A DNA stretch of 64,000 nucleotides from Methanomassiliicoccaceae archaeon (GTDB lineage: Archaea; Thermoplasmatota; Thermoplasmata; Methanomassiliicoccales; Methanomassiliicoccaceae), in the NCBI GenBank assembly GCA_040776945.1, contig JAXGZN010000001.1:832001-896000 (forward strand), given 5' to 3'. The position numbers were made by a program, and so were the translations under genes. Within the stretch, counting starts at the first letter, position 1; each line of letters starts with the position of its first letter. Below the pieces are notes generated by a model, which did no database searches, was not told the origin of the DNA, and saw nothing but the letters and a program-made list of their open reading frames with translations. Positions 35,774 to 45,580 of this stretch are shown one piece after another.

Positions 35774-36268
35774 ATGGCCGAGACAGAGAAGAGGTTCAGC
35801 GATACCCTTGTGGGTGACGTCTTCGACCTGATCGTAAAAAGGCCGGCAACGGTGACCGCGGGAAGCTCCGTGAACGATGTCATCGACGGGATGTTGGGAA
35901 ACCCGGTCTCCCGCAAGGTCTACGTGGTAGATGATGAGAGGAGGCTTCTCGGCATGGTCAACACCGATACGGTGCTGCGGTTGATAGGATATCGCACAGG
36001 CATCAGGGAACTGGGCGGCATGTCGTTCTATCGGTTCCTGCGGGACATGTTCAAGGAAGAGGTCGGCAGCCTCATGTCCCCGACCCGCTCGGTCACCAAA
36101 GAGGACGGCCTCAAGAAGGCGTTGGACATCATGATCAAGGACCACGTCAATGATCTCCCGGTGGTGGACGAGGAGGGGCGCATCATCGGGGAACTTATCA
36201 GCCTGGAGCTTTTCCTTAAAGGCCGGCAGCTGTTCGCTGCTCCCGGCAAGCAGGGCCGAGATCCATGA
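35774..36268 (+). CDS. CBS-domain protein
   Basis: Two CBS repeats (YVVDDERRLLG; LPVVDEEGRIIG). Confidence 0.92.
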   Translation: MAETEKRFSDTLVGDVFDLIVKRPATVTAGSSVNDVIDGMLGNPVSRKVYVVDDERRLLGMVNTDTVLRLIGYRTGIRELGGMSFYRFLRDMFKEEVGSLMSPTRSVTKEDGLKKALDIMIKDHVNDLPVVDEEGRIIGELISLELFLKGRQLFAAPGKQGRDP

Positions 36269-37143
36269 TGTGGCTCGATCATCAGGTCCTGGAAGGCATG
36301 ACCGTAGGCAGCCTTCTGATGTTCACCGTGGTGGTGATCGGGGCCACGATGGCGGCGAGGCTAGTCAGCAACCTCATCCGCAAGGAACTGGACGATCGCA
36401 TCGGTCGGAAAACCTCCAAGTCGGTGGCCAGGGTGTTCTTCTACACCATCGTCGGGCTCGCGGTCCTCATAGGGTTCAGTCAGATCCTGAAGATGGACTT
36501 CGGCGGCCTGATGATCTCCTTGGGCCTGGTGGGAGTGGCCATCGCCTTCGCCTCCCAGCAGATAATCTCCAACCTCCTCTCCGGGCTCCTCATATCCTTC
36601 ACGAGGCCGATTCAGTTGGAGGACTGGGTGGAGGTCGGACTGGCGCCTAGCACCGGGGTATGCAGGGTCAAGGACATCAATCTCATGGCCACGGTGCTGA
36701 GGGACATCGAGGGCAGGATAATAGTGCTTCCCAACTCCCAGATCGCGAACGGCAAGGTCATCAACTATACTCAGGCGGGCTTCGTGGCTGTCCCCTTCGA
36801 CCTGTGGTTCGACGCCTCATCCTCTATCGACGTGGTCCGGAGGATAGTCAATGAGGAGGCAGAACGGGACCCCCGCATCCTACCGGACGTGGACGGGGAG
36901 GAGCATCGGCTCATGCTGAGGATATTCGAGAGGCCTGCGGTACGCGGCCTGTTCGGAGGGTCCGCCGATCTCACCGCCCTTAACCCCCAGGTCAACATCC
37001 TGGACCTCAGGGACGGAAAGGTCAAGATGAACGTTCGGGTATGGATCAGGGAGATCAACAAGCGGGACGAGATCATCTCTGGGTTCCTGGAGGCCCTGCG
37101 GTTCCGGTTCAAGGAGGAAGGCATTGTCCTTAAGGACCCCTGA
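36265..37143 (+). CDS. mscS: Small-conductance mechanosensitive channel
   Basis: Motifs GLVGVAIAFASQQIISNLLSG, PIQLEDWV and LPNSQI. Confidence 0.88.
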   Translation: MMWLDHQVLEGMTVGSLLMFTVVVIGATMAARLVSNLIRKELDDRIGRKTSKSVARVFFYTIVGLAVLIGFSQILKMDFGGLMISLGLVGVAIAFASQQIISNLLSGLLISFTRPIQLEDWVEVGLAPSTGVCRVKDINLMATVLRDIEGRIIVLPNSQIANGKVINYTQAGFVAVPFDLWFDASSSIDVVRRIVNEEAERDPRILPDVDGEEHRLMLRIFERPAVRGLFGGSADLTALNPQVNILDLRDGKVKMNVRVWIREINKRDEIISGFLEALRFRFKEEGIVLKDP

Positions 37144-37591
37144 TGGCACTGGCCAGCGGTCTGACAGGTCCTCGATGGGCGTTCGAGGCTGTTCAACGAG
37201 GATGGGCTGAAGAGGCTTCATAGCCACCGGGTCCGCCTCGGCGGTAACGTTGCCATCCTCGATCTCCCGTGCCTGTTCTGCCAATAGATGTCCGATGCGT
37301 TGGTCGCAAGCGTGGAGGCCATGCCGCAGGAGGCATCGATCCGGCGCCCGAACCCTCCTCGGTGCCCGCCGCTCCCGTTCAGGGGTCCCTCCCATCCCAC
37401 TGCACAACGGCTCTTTTCTCATCGGCCACGAGGGCCGCCGGGTTGGTGGGGCCGCTCCTTGTCCATCTCTCCGATGGCCCCGGCGGTCCTCACGGCCCCG
37501 TCGTTTTTCCCGTGGCCCGCTCACTGCTATGGATGCGAGGTCGCTGGCGCGCCGTCCCATCTTCCGATGACACCTCTTCAGGCATGAGCGC

Positions 37592-39025
37592 TCACTGCGG
37601 AGAGGCAGGCGCTTCAGGCGCTGGCGCCTCGGAAGAGGTTCCAGCATCCACTGAAGGCGAAACGGGCGGAGGGACCTCTGGAAGGCTGGCCGCCATAACA
37701 GTGTTGGCCGCTGGCGGCTCCGCCGATACCTCGAGCGCTATCCCTGGTCCAGTTGCCGGCGCGGGCATGGGCGGCGGCTCCGGGGCCGGCTCTTGCCGAG
37801 CCCCGCCGTGCGCCAACAGTTGCTTGGTGCGCAGCTCCTCCCTCATGACCAGGAGGAACAGCGGTATGGCCGCGAACTGGAGGACCATGGACGTCATTAT
37901 CATGGAAGGTAAGGAGACATCGTAAAGCACTCCCATTACCACGCTTCCTAAGAACCACGAGAGGCCGAAGGCGGTGTTGTAGCATCCGAAGGCCATACCT
38001 CTTCTGCAGTGGGGGGATATGTCTGCCACCATTGCGCGCATGGCCGAGTCCTGAGCTCCGAAACCGACCCCGTACAGAAGCATTCCCGCGGTGACCGAGG
38101 CCATGTCCGAGGCGAACACCAGGGGGGCGAAGAAGGGTATTACCGCGGCCATGGCCACCAGGGGCATGATGCCGATCTTGTCGTACATCCTGCCGAACAC
38201 CAGTGCGGCCAGCGCGTTAGTGGCCATCGACAGGGCATATAATATGGGTATCCAGCCCTGCGAGACAGTGGTCACGGTGCTTATATGGTACGAGATCATG
38301 GGAAAGTCCGCATAACCAGCGGCTATGAGGGCCCCCGCAATGAGGAAGATCCAATAGGTCCTGGAGAACTTCCTTTTCTTCTCCTTCACAGGGCAATGGT
38401 CCTTGATGTCCCCTGGATGGGGGTCGATCTTCCGGGCCTGGAACAGGACGACGACCGCCAAGGCGCAAGGCAGGAGCAAGATCTCGAAGCCCAGGCGATA
38501 GTCGCCGCCCAGGAGCATGACGGCCACTATGATGATCGGGCCGATCATGCCTCCCACGGACGAGAGCGCCTCCTGTACGCCGTAGCTCCATCCTCTGCCC
38601 ACGGTCTTTCCTGCATGGGAGAGCATGGCGTCACGGGCAGGACTGCGAATGGCCCTCCCCACTCGCTCCAGCATCATGAGGACCACTGCCGCTTCCCAAT
38701 CGCCGGCGAGGGCCAAGGCAGGGACCGCAATTATGTTGATCCCGTAACCGATGAACACGAATGTCCAATATTTGCCTGTCTCGTCCATTAGCCAGCCGAA
38801 GACGATGCGCAGGCTGAACCCTGCCAGCTCGGCCAGGCCGGACACTATCCCGACCACGGCCGCGCTAGCGCCCAAGATGGCCAGATAGGATCCCATGACG
38901 CTCTTGGTGCCTTCTATGGCCACATCGGCCAACAGGCTCACGATCCCGAGCATCATGACGAAAACGATGGCAACCGTCCGCTGCTTTCGCACGACGGCGT
39001 GCCCTCTGGCTCCTAGCCTGCCCAT
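37592..39025 (-). CDS. MFS transporter with Pro/Ala-rich C-terminal tail
   Basis: Motifs GIVSLLAD, ERVGRAIRSPARDAML and GRMYDKIG. Start uncertain. Confidence 0.88.
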   Translation of the reverse strand: MGRLGARGHAVVRKQRTVAIVFVMMLGIVSLLADVAIEGTKSVMGSYLAILGASAAVVGIVSGLAELAGFSLRIVFGWLMDETGKYWTFVFIGYGINIIAVPALALAGDWEAAVVLMMLERVGRAIRSPARDAMLSHAGKTVGRGWSYGVQEALSSVGGMIGPIIIVAVMLLGGDYRLGFEILLLPCALAVVVLFQARKIDPHPGDIKDHCPVKEKKRKFSRTYWIFLIAGALIAAGYADFPMISYHISTVTTVSQGWIPILYALSMATNALAALVFGRMYDKIGIMPLVAMAAVIPFFAPLVFASDMASVTAGMLLYGVGFGAQDSAMRAMVADISPHCRRGMAFGCYNTAFGLSWFLGSVVMGVLYDVSLPSMIMTSMVLQFAAIPLFLLVMREELRTKQLLAHGGARQEPAPEPPPMPAPATGPGIALEVSAEPPAANTVMAASLPEVPPPVSPSVDAGTSSEAPAPEAPASPQ

Positions 39026-39227
39026 CCCATCCCTCCCATCCGCCTTGATGGCCCTAGACCATAAGAACGCCGCCAGGGCTGGAACGAGCCAACTGGACGG
39101 GCCCCATCCACGGACCATTGCCGAGTACCAAAGCTGGTATCCAGGATAGATGAGCGATGGAGTATATTAAATCGCTCAGGATAATAAGTCCGGCGAGCGT
39201 CAACAAGTCTAAAAACATAGGGCGGAT

Positions 39228-39530
39228 ATGGTAACGCGGATGATGGAGGACGAAGAGGTCAACCTTCTGGATATCGATCATGTCTTCTCCATACTTCAGT
39301 ACCTAGATTCCAGGAGAGGGGAGGACGTCCTAGCCAGTGAACTGAGGGCGGTCATGCCGAACTATGGCCGGATGATGCTCATAGTTCGCCAGCTGGAGAG
39401 GAAGAACCTCATCGACATCAGAATGGAGACCAGGCCGCGTAAGCGCTACATCCTTTCACTGACCGACAAGGGACGGATCGTCGTGAAGAAACTTCTGGCA
39501 CTGGACCGGCTGATCGCATCCTGGCAGTGA
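39228..39530 (+). CDS. Winged-helix DNA-binding protein (MarR/ArsR-like)
   Basis: SILQYL..LERKNLI..LSLTDKGR pattern. Confidence 0.8.
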   Translation: MVTRMMEDEEVNLLDIDHVFSILQYLDSRRGEDVLASELRAVMPNYGRMMLIVRQLERKNLIDIRMETRPRKRYILSLTDKGRIVVKKLLALDRLIASWQ

Positions 39531-39995
39531 TGCGGAAAGAAGGCCGGAGCTCCATTTATGGTCCCGTTGCGCCCCTCCGCTCCGGTGCCGTTCTGCACAT
39601 GACGCCGCCGATGTCCCGGCGGCCCCCGTAACCGTCGGGAGCTGTGGTGGCCCGTGGTTCGGCAACGGACCTCGGATGGTCCAATGGCGTTCTTTCGGCC
39701 CCTCCCGCGGCGGGAACGACCGTCATGTTCCCGATCGGCCTCCGTGGGTTCGCCCCACGTTCACTCAAGACCCGGCTCCGATAGGCCATCCCGCGCGCCT
39801 CTATAGATAGAAAAACCACTTCGGGCCCGCTGATGACGAAGGTTATCCCGTCGTCGGGTCCCGTCATGTGCGAGCCAGCCTCCGGACCCGATGTTCAAGC
39901 GGAGACGATCGTAGTGACCATGGCGGGCACCCAATGCCCTCCAACCATGGGACACCCAACCCTTATATCCGCACTCCTTGCCATAGGCACGTACG

Positions 39996-40832
39996 ATGGA
40001 CCCGACCCTTACCCTGGGCATATTCGTCGCCGCACTGATCGCTGGGCTCGTCGGGTCGCTGTTCGGCCTAGGGGGAGGGATAATAATCATCCCGACCCTG
40101 ACCATCGCCTTCGGCCTCCCATTGAAGGAGGTCATCGGAGCAAGCCTCGTCGGGGTCATCGCGACCTCTCTGGGCGGCTCAACCAGCTACATCGAAGAGG
40201 GGCTGGTCAACATACGCCTGGGCGTTGTCCTGGAGCCGGCCACTACCCTGGGGTCCATAGTGGGGGCCCTCATCGCCATCTACCTTGACCAGGCCATCAT
40301 CGCCTCGATCTTCGCCATCGTTCTCATCTACAGCGCCCATTATATGCACCGCCGCCCGGCCAGGACCGTTCAGGTCGAAGGAGCTCGGTCCCACCCTTAT
40401 CTTTCGGAGAGGTACATCGACCCAGGGACAGTTAAAGAGGTCAGCTATGAGGTGCACCACCTTCCCCGGTCATTGGCGGCCTGCTTCTTGGTTGGCAATC
40501 TATCCAGCATGTTGGGGGTCGGCGGGGGGACCTTGAAAGTGCCGATAATGAACATCTGGATGGGCGTGCCCATGCGCGCGGCGACCGCTACCAGCAACTT
40601 CATGATCGGCGTGACCGCGCTCGCCGGTACCGTCGTGTACTACGTCAGCGGCCACATATCCGTGGACCTGGCGGCCACGGTGGTGCTGGGAGCCTTCATT
40701 GGCGCGACGCTCGGCCCGCGGCTCTCCAAAGAGGTCGCGAGCCCTTCACTCCGGCGTTATTTCGCCGCCATATTGGTCGCTGTGGCCATCTTGATGGTCA
40801 TCCGGTCCCTGGGCGTCATGACGGGGGTCTGA
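39996..40832 (+). CDS. Sulfite exporter TauE/SafE family protein
   Basis: Motifs GSLFGLGGG..IP, GASLVGVIATS, LGVGGG..VP and ATATSNFMIGVT. Confidence 0.92.
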   Translation: MDPTLTLGIFVAALIAGLVGSLFGLGGGIIIIPTLTIAFGLPLKEVIGASLVGVIATSLGGSTSYIEEGLVNIRLGVVLEPATTLGSIVGALIAIYLDQAIIASIFAIVLIYSAHYMHRRPARTVQVEGARSHPYLSERYIDPGTVKEVSYEVHHLPRSLAACFLVGNLSSMLGVGGGTLKVPIMNIWMGVPMRAATATSNFMIGVTALAGTVVYYVSGHISVDLAATVVLGAFIGATLGPRLSKEVASPSLRRYFAAILVAVAILMVIRSLGVMTGV

Positions 40833-40833
40833 G

Positions 40834-41169
40834 ATGGTCCGCGGACGTTCCCGTGTCGACAAGTGGGTGCGCACCATCCTCGTCTCAGGGACCGCTCTGA
40901 GCATGGGACTGATGTTGGTCGGCCTGGCCATGCACGCCCTGTTCCCGGACCATCCTGATGTGGACCTCTCCCTCCAGGAGATCGCATCCGGCATAGTCGC
41001 CGGCAACCCGGTCGCCATCATCGACCTTGGCATGGTCATCCTCATCGCCACCCCCCTTACCAGGGTCGTCACCGCTCTGGCCGTGTTCACCATCGACCGA
41101 GAGCTCCGCTTGATGGCCGCTTGCATATTGATACTGCTAATCGTCGGGTCTGCCGTCCTCATAGGCTAG
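40834..41169 (+). CDS. DUF1634 membrane protein (usual TauE partner)
   Basis: LGMVILIATPLTRV motif, 1 nt after the TauE gene. Confidence 0.85.
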   Translation: MVRGRSRVDKWVRTILVSGTALSMGLMLVGLAMHALFPDHPDVDLSLQEIASGIVAGNPVAIIDLGMVILIATPLTRVVTALAVFTIDRELRLMAACILILLIVGSAVLIG

Positions 41170-41209
41170 GTCATAGAGCGCGGGGGGAGGCCGCTCGGGA
41201 ACGGCCCTC

Positions 41210-42439
41210 TCAATTTCCGTCACCTCCAGTTTCCCCGGCCCTCCTATGGACGTCCTTCTCCCTCCTCTCTCTCGCCGGATCCCTGGCCCCCAAGAGCAGC
41301 AGGCTTGAGCCGATGACGATAAAACCTGCAATGATGAAGGGAGTTGACCCTATCGGACCGCTCGCCTGCGGAAGGAACAGGGTCAGTACGATGGGGCCGA
41401 TGAAAGAGCCAAGATCGCCCATTGTCCTGAACAGCCCCATGGCCCCGCCCAGGTCCGCTGTGCGGGCCACATCTGTCACGTAGGCGCCCACAGGCCCCGA
41501 AAGGCCAAGGCAGAGGCCAAGGGCCGACATCACCGCCATGAGGGTGGCCAGATCATAGGCAAGGGGTATGATCATGGCCACCACGCCTCCTAGGAACAGG
41601 GAGGCGAAGAAGAAAGGTCTCCTCCCATAGCGGTCGGAAAGGGAACCGGCCGGAAGAAGGCTCAGGAAGTTGAAGGCGGCGGACAGTGTCAGTACTGCGC
41701 CCAGGGTCGCCGGGCCCAGGCCCAGATCGCGGGTGGCGAATAGCGGCACGATGGTGGCGACCAGCCCGGTCCGCAGGACGGAGGTGGCCAGAAGGCCCAT
41801 GTTGACCGACATCAGGGTATAGTCCCTAATGGACCGGACCACCTGCTCGGAAGCGGCGTCCATGCGACCCCCCTTCCTCTGTACCGATCCCTTGCCGATC
41901 ATGAAGTGGATCACCAGGATGGAGATGAGAACGAGAAGAGCGTAAACGAAGAAAGGCCCGCTGAGGCCATAGGTCTGGCCGACGACGCCTCCCAATATCG
42001 GTCCGCTGGTCGTGCCAAGGAACTGCAGGCTTATGAACAGCCCAAGATGCTTCCCCCGCCGGGATATGGGGGCCGTTCGGCTTATCCCGATGTAGGAGGT
42101 GGTGAAAAACACCGCTGAGCCCGCTCCTTGGACCATCAACCCCATGAGGAGCATCCAGTAGGACACGGCCAGGGCGGAGATCATCGCAGATGCGAATACG
42201 ATCAGTAGGCCGGCCATCATGAACCTCTTGAGGCCGAACCGATCGGCGACGATCCCGGAGGGAATGTCCAGGACGACCCTTGAGAGCCCTGAAACGGAAA
42301 TGAGCGCTCCGATAAGGGCTATCGAAACCCCAAAGGTCATGGCGTAGAGGGGGAGGATGGGCGTGATGGACCCCACCCCGAAATTGACCAGAAAGCCGAC
42401 CGTCGAAAAGATGACCGTTGCCCGCATTGACGATTCCAT
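41210..42439 (-). CDS. MFS transporter
   Basis: Motifs GIVADRFG and GSLSDRYGRR, about 12 TMs. Start at MESSMR or MRAT. Confidence 0.9.
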   Translation of the reverse strand: MESSMRATVIFSTVGFLVNFGVGSITPILPLYAMTFGVSIALIGALISVSGLSRVVLDIPSGIVADRFGLKRFMMAGLLIVFASAMISALAVSYWMLLMGLMVQGAGSAVFFTTSYIGISRTAPISRRGKHLGLFISLQFLGTTSGPILGGVVGQTYGLSGPFFVYALLVLISILVIHFMIGKGSVQRKGGRMDAASEQVVRSIRDYTLMSVNMGLLATSVLRTGLVATIVPLFATRDLGLGPATLGAVLTLSAAFNFLSLLPAGSLSDRYGRRPFFFASLFLGGVVAMIIPLAYDLATLMAVMSALGLCLGLSGPVGAYVTDVARTADLGGAMGLFRTMGDLGSFIGPIVLTLFLPQASGPIGSTPFIIAGFIVIGSSLLLLGARDPARERREKDVHRRAGETGGDGN

Positions 42440-42781
42440 ATGGGACCTCCCGACCAGGCGGCACGCCCGTCCGCCACGTTGACTTGCACAGCTCCATATT
42501 TCTCTCTTGGCGTCGGCGCCTAAGCCATCTGGGGCGATGCGGCCAACAGGGCTACGCCTCGATCTGGCCGGCCGCCCCATCCTCCACGACCGGAGTGCGG
42601 CCAGGTGATGGGGACCTCAGCATGGAGCGGCAGGCGACCGCAAGGCCCGAGCACAGCCCAGAGCGCAAAACTATATGAGCTGTCCCCGGGAATAGTCAGG
42701 TCCAAATCGCTGGCCGTAGTACAGGGACCCGCTCGGCAGGCCCCGATGCACTGCAATGGTCATCTGGCGATATGGTGAACG

Positions 42782-43708
42782 ATGATGCGCTCCTCCACCT
42801 TCGAAATGGCGATCTCCCCGCCGTTCCGCCTGGACCTGACCGCTTGGGCCCTTCGCAGGCGGGCGACGAACAGCATGGACCGATGGGAGGACGGCCATTA
42901 TTCGCGCACTGTGGTGCTCGAGGACGATGCGTTCGATATGGTCATCTCCCAGATTGGCGGGGGGCATCGGCCGGTCCTTCAAGTAACGCTCAGCGGACCG
43001 TCCGGGGCCGACACCGAGGCTGTTGAGAACGCTGCCCGTTCCCTTGTCAGCAAGATGTTGGGCACATCGGTCGATCTGAGGCCGTTCTATGCACTCGCCG
43101 AAGGAAGCGACGTCCTCCGGCCACTGGCAGAAAGGTTCCTAGGGTTGAAACCTCCTCGCTTTCCTACGTTGTTCGAGGCCCTGGTTAACGCGATCGCCTG
43201 CCAGCAGGTCTCGCTGGACTCAGGCATTCGAACGCTCAACCGCTTTTCAGAGCGCTTTGGCCGAAGGCTCGAGGGTGGAACTGGCGCCCGTTCCTTCCCG
43301 CGGCCCGAAGACCTGGCGTCGATATCGGAAGATGAGATCAAAGCGGTCGGCCTCAGCCGTCAAAAGGCCCTCGCGATAAAGAGGATAGCGAATGACGGCC
43401 AGGCCATAGAGAATGCCCTGGCCGGAGCCGAACAAATGAGCGACGCTGAGATCCTAAGCTACCTCTCGACCATCCGGGGCATCGGCCGTTGGTCCGCCGA
43501 GTACGTTCTCCTCAGAGGGCTCGGCAGATTGGACATGTTTCCCGGTGATGATGTGGGAGCAAGGAACAATCTACAAAGGCTGTTCCATCTGGATGAAAAA
43601 CCGGACTATGAACGGATCAAGGAACTGACCTCATCATGGCGTCCCTACCAGGGATTGGTCTACTTCCATCTTCTGCTCAACAATCTGCAAGCGAAGGGTC
43701 TGGTATGA
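42782..43708 (+). CDS. alkA: DNA-3-methyladenine glycosylase II (AlkA family)
   Basis: Motifs FEALVNAIACQQVS, FPRPE, HhH IRGIGRWSAEY, FPGDD and WRPY. Confidence 0.9.
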   Translation: MMRSSTFEMAISPPFRLDLTAWALRRRATNSMDRWEDGHYSRTVVLEDDAFDMVISQIGGGHRPVLQVTLSGPSGADTEAVENAARSLVSKMLGTSVDLRPFYALAEGSDVLRPLAERFLGLKPPRFPTLFEALVNAIACQQVSLDSGIRTLNRFSERFGRRLEGGTGARSFPRPEDLASISEDEIKAVGLSRQKALAIKRIANDGQAIENALAGAEQMSDAEILSYLSTIRGIGRWSAEYVLLRGLGRLDMFPGDDVGARNNLQRLFHLDEKPDYERIKELTSSWRPYQGLVYFHLLLNNLQAKGLV

Positions 43709-44232
43709 GCATCAAGGTCTACACCATAGGGCACTCGACACGCTCGTTCGATGAGTTCCTGGCGATCCTTAGGAGGTTCGGCATAGAGATGGTGGTCGAT
43801 GTGCGGGCGATGCCCAGGTCCAGGCATAATCCTCAGTTCGGACAGGATGTCCTGAGGGGCGGTCTGGAGGCCAACGGCATAGATTACGTTCATCTCGCGG
43901 GGCTGGGCGGGCTCAGACCCTCCGCAGGTACGCTTACGAACGCGGGCTGGAGGAACAGGTCCTTTCGCGGCTATGCCGATCACATGCAAACCCCTGAGTT
44001 CAGGAGCGCCTTGCAGCAGCTCATGGACCTCGCCGGGAAACGCTCAACGGCCATCATGTGCGCGGAAACGCTTCCCTGGCGTTGCCATCGGTCACTGATC
44101 GGGGACGCGCTTCTCGTCCACGGGTTCACTGTAGAGGACATATTCGATGATAAGGTTTCAAAACCTCACAGGATGACGCCATGGGCGAAGGTGGTCGGCG
44201 ACACAATAACCTATCCGAAGGCGATGTTATGA
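43705..44232 (+). CDS. DUF488 family protein
   Basis: Motifs YTIGHSTR, VDVR..P.SR, LGGLR, SFRGYADHM and MCAE..PWRCHR. ATGA-coupled to alkA. Confidence 0.92.
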   Translation: MSIKVYTIGHSTRSFDEFLAILRRFGIEMVVDVRAMPRSRHNPQFGQDVLRGGLEANGIDYVHLAGLGGLRPSAGTLTNAGWRNRSFRGYADHMQTPEFRSALQQLMDLAGKRSTAIMCAETLPWRCHRSLIGDALLVHGFTVEDIFDDKVSKPHRMTPWAKVVGDTITYPKAML

Positions 44233-44265
44233 ACCATGGACGAGCGGCCATAGGAAGGATGCGGC

Positions 44266-44523
44266 ATGAGCGGCGATGACATCGGGCCCGGAGATTGCGT
44301 CAAGCTGCCCGACGGACGAGTGGCCAGGGTGCGGGAGGCCCATGGCGGCGAATATAGGGTCAGGGTCAGAAGGAGGACGAGCAGAACGCACCAGTTCCTG
44401 AGCCTGCCGCAGGAGGACCTGACCAAGGTCCCCTGCCCCAAGGGGTGGATGAGCCCGGAAGGCTACAACCGCTATCTCAAGAAGACCCTGGAAAAGATGC
44501 GGTTGAGGCAAGAGCGGAGGTGA
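44266..44523 (+). CDS. Small basic hypothetical protein
   Basis: GGAAGG SD, and a globular-looking sequence GDCVKLPDGRVARVRE..CPKGWMSPEGYNRYL. Confidence 0.75.
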   Translation: MSGDDIGPGDCVKLPDGRVARVREAHGGEYRVRVRRRTSRTHQFLSLPQEDLTKVPCPKGWMSPEGYNRYLKKTLEKMRLRQERR

Positions 44524-44564
44524 CATACCACAGCGCCTTATAGGGGCGCGGCGTGAACGTAAGC

Positions 44565-44888
44565 ATGGCGAGGCATAAGGTCATCGGCGTGGACAAGGTC
44601 GGGCCGGGTGAGATGATCGGTCTCTCGATAGAGGGAAGGGAACTGCTGGTCGCCAATGTCGAGGGCAAGCTCTTCGCGATCGATGGCCGCTGCTCAAGGC
44701 GGTGCGGAAGGCTGTGGAAGGGCCGTCTGAACGGCTATTTCGTAGAATGCCCTAACCATGGCGCGACGTTCGACATAAGAGATGGGCGGGCGGTATCGAG
44801 CGCCAAATCGCCTCGTACCGGCAAGGCTAAGGACCTAAGGGCCTACGAGGTCATCATCGACGATGACGGAGTGTTCGTCGCGCTGTGA
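44565..44888 (+). CDS. Rieske-type ferredoxin-like protein (atypical first ligand motif)
   Basis: FAIDGRCSRRCGRL..G....VECPNHGATFDIRDG..LRAYEV. Confidence 0.85.
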   Translation: MARHKVIGVDKVGPGEMIGLSIEGRELLVANVEGKLFAIDGRCSRRCGRLWKGRLNGYFVECPNHGATFDIRDGRAVSSAKSPRTGKAKDLRAYEVIIDDDGVFVAL

Positions 44889-45061
44889 AGAATCCATTCC
44901 GCACATTCATGCCGTCAAGGGCCGGGCGGCCCGCGGGACCGGCCGGCGGTGGACGCGGACAAGGCGAGGGAGCATGACCCCAGGTCCGGTAATCATCCAT
45001 GAGGATGCCGCTCGCCTCTGCCAACGGTCGGGCCCAGTTGTCGCCGGCACCCTGATACGTC

Positions 45062-45298
45062 TCATTCCTCGCTCGTTTCCATGAGCCTCTTGTACTCTTC
45101 CTCGCCGAGGCACTCCTTGGCGTACTTACACCATTTGGCGCACGACACGATGTTATTGTGGACCACGAACCCGCAGTTGTCACAGGTGACCTTGATGTCA
45201 TTGGAGAAGATCTCGACCTCACTTCCGCACTCCGGACAGTTCCTGATAGATAGCGTCGGGGTCCTGTGGTTGGCGGAGCCTGGGCAACCATCAAACAA
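45062..45298 (-). CDS. Small Cys-rich Zn-ribbon protein
   Basis: Motifs CPG, CPECG.EVEIFSND, CDNCG and SCAKWCKYAKECLG. TTG start with a GGAGGAG SD. Confidence 0.85.
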   Translation of the reverse strand: MFDGCPGSANHRTPTLSIRNCPECGSEVEIFSNDIKVTCDNCGFVVHNNIVSCAKWCKYAKECLGEEEYKRLMETSEE

Positions 45299-45580
45299 CG
45301 CTCACTCCTCCATCTCCATGCATTTCCTTATCAGCCTCTTTGATAGTTCCTTCTATCCACCAACCTCGCCTTGGCACTTGACCTTTTCGTCCATTTCTCC
45401 CATAGGGCGGAAAATGTCCATGCAAAAAAGTGGAACGGAGACCATGATGAGGGTGTGAAACCTGCCCAGGGGAAAGAACAATGGCGTGGCAGAACCAGAG
45501 ACCGCCGAGGACCAGAGGATGGACCGGCCGCTGAGAGCATTACCAGCGCTCATTAAGACGGCCTCCGCCGGTCACGTCCG

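Noticed and set aside
37144-37591. 450-bp gap between convergent mscS and MFS genes, with several short ORFs
   Set aside because: The ORFs are Pro/Arg-rich without motifs, and I recognised no RNA family or repeat.
39556-39867. 103-aa minus-strand ORF
   Set aside because: No motif and atypical composition, so it cannot be supported.
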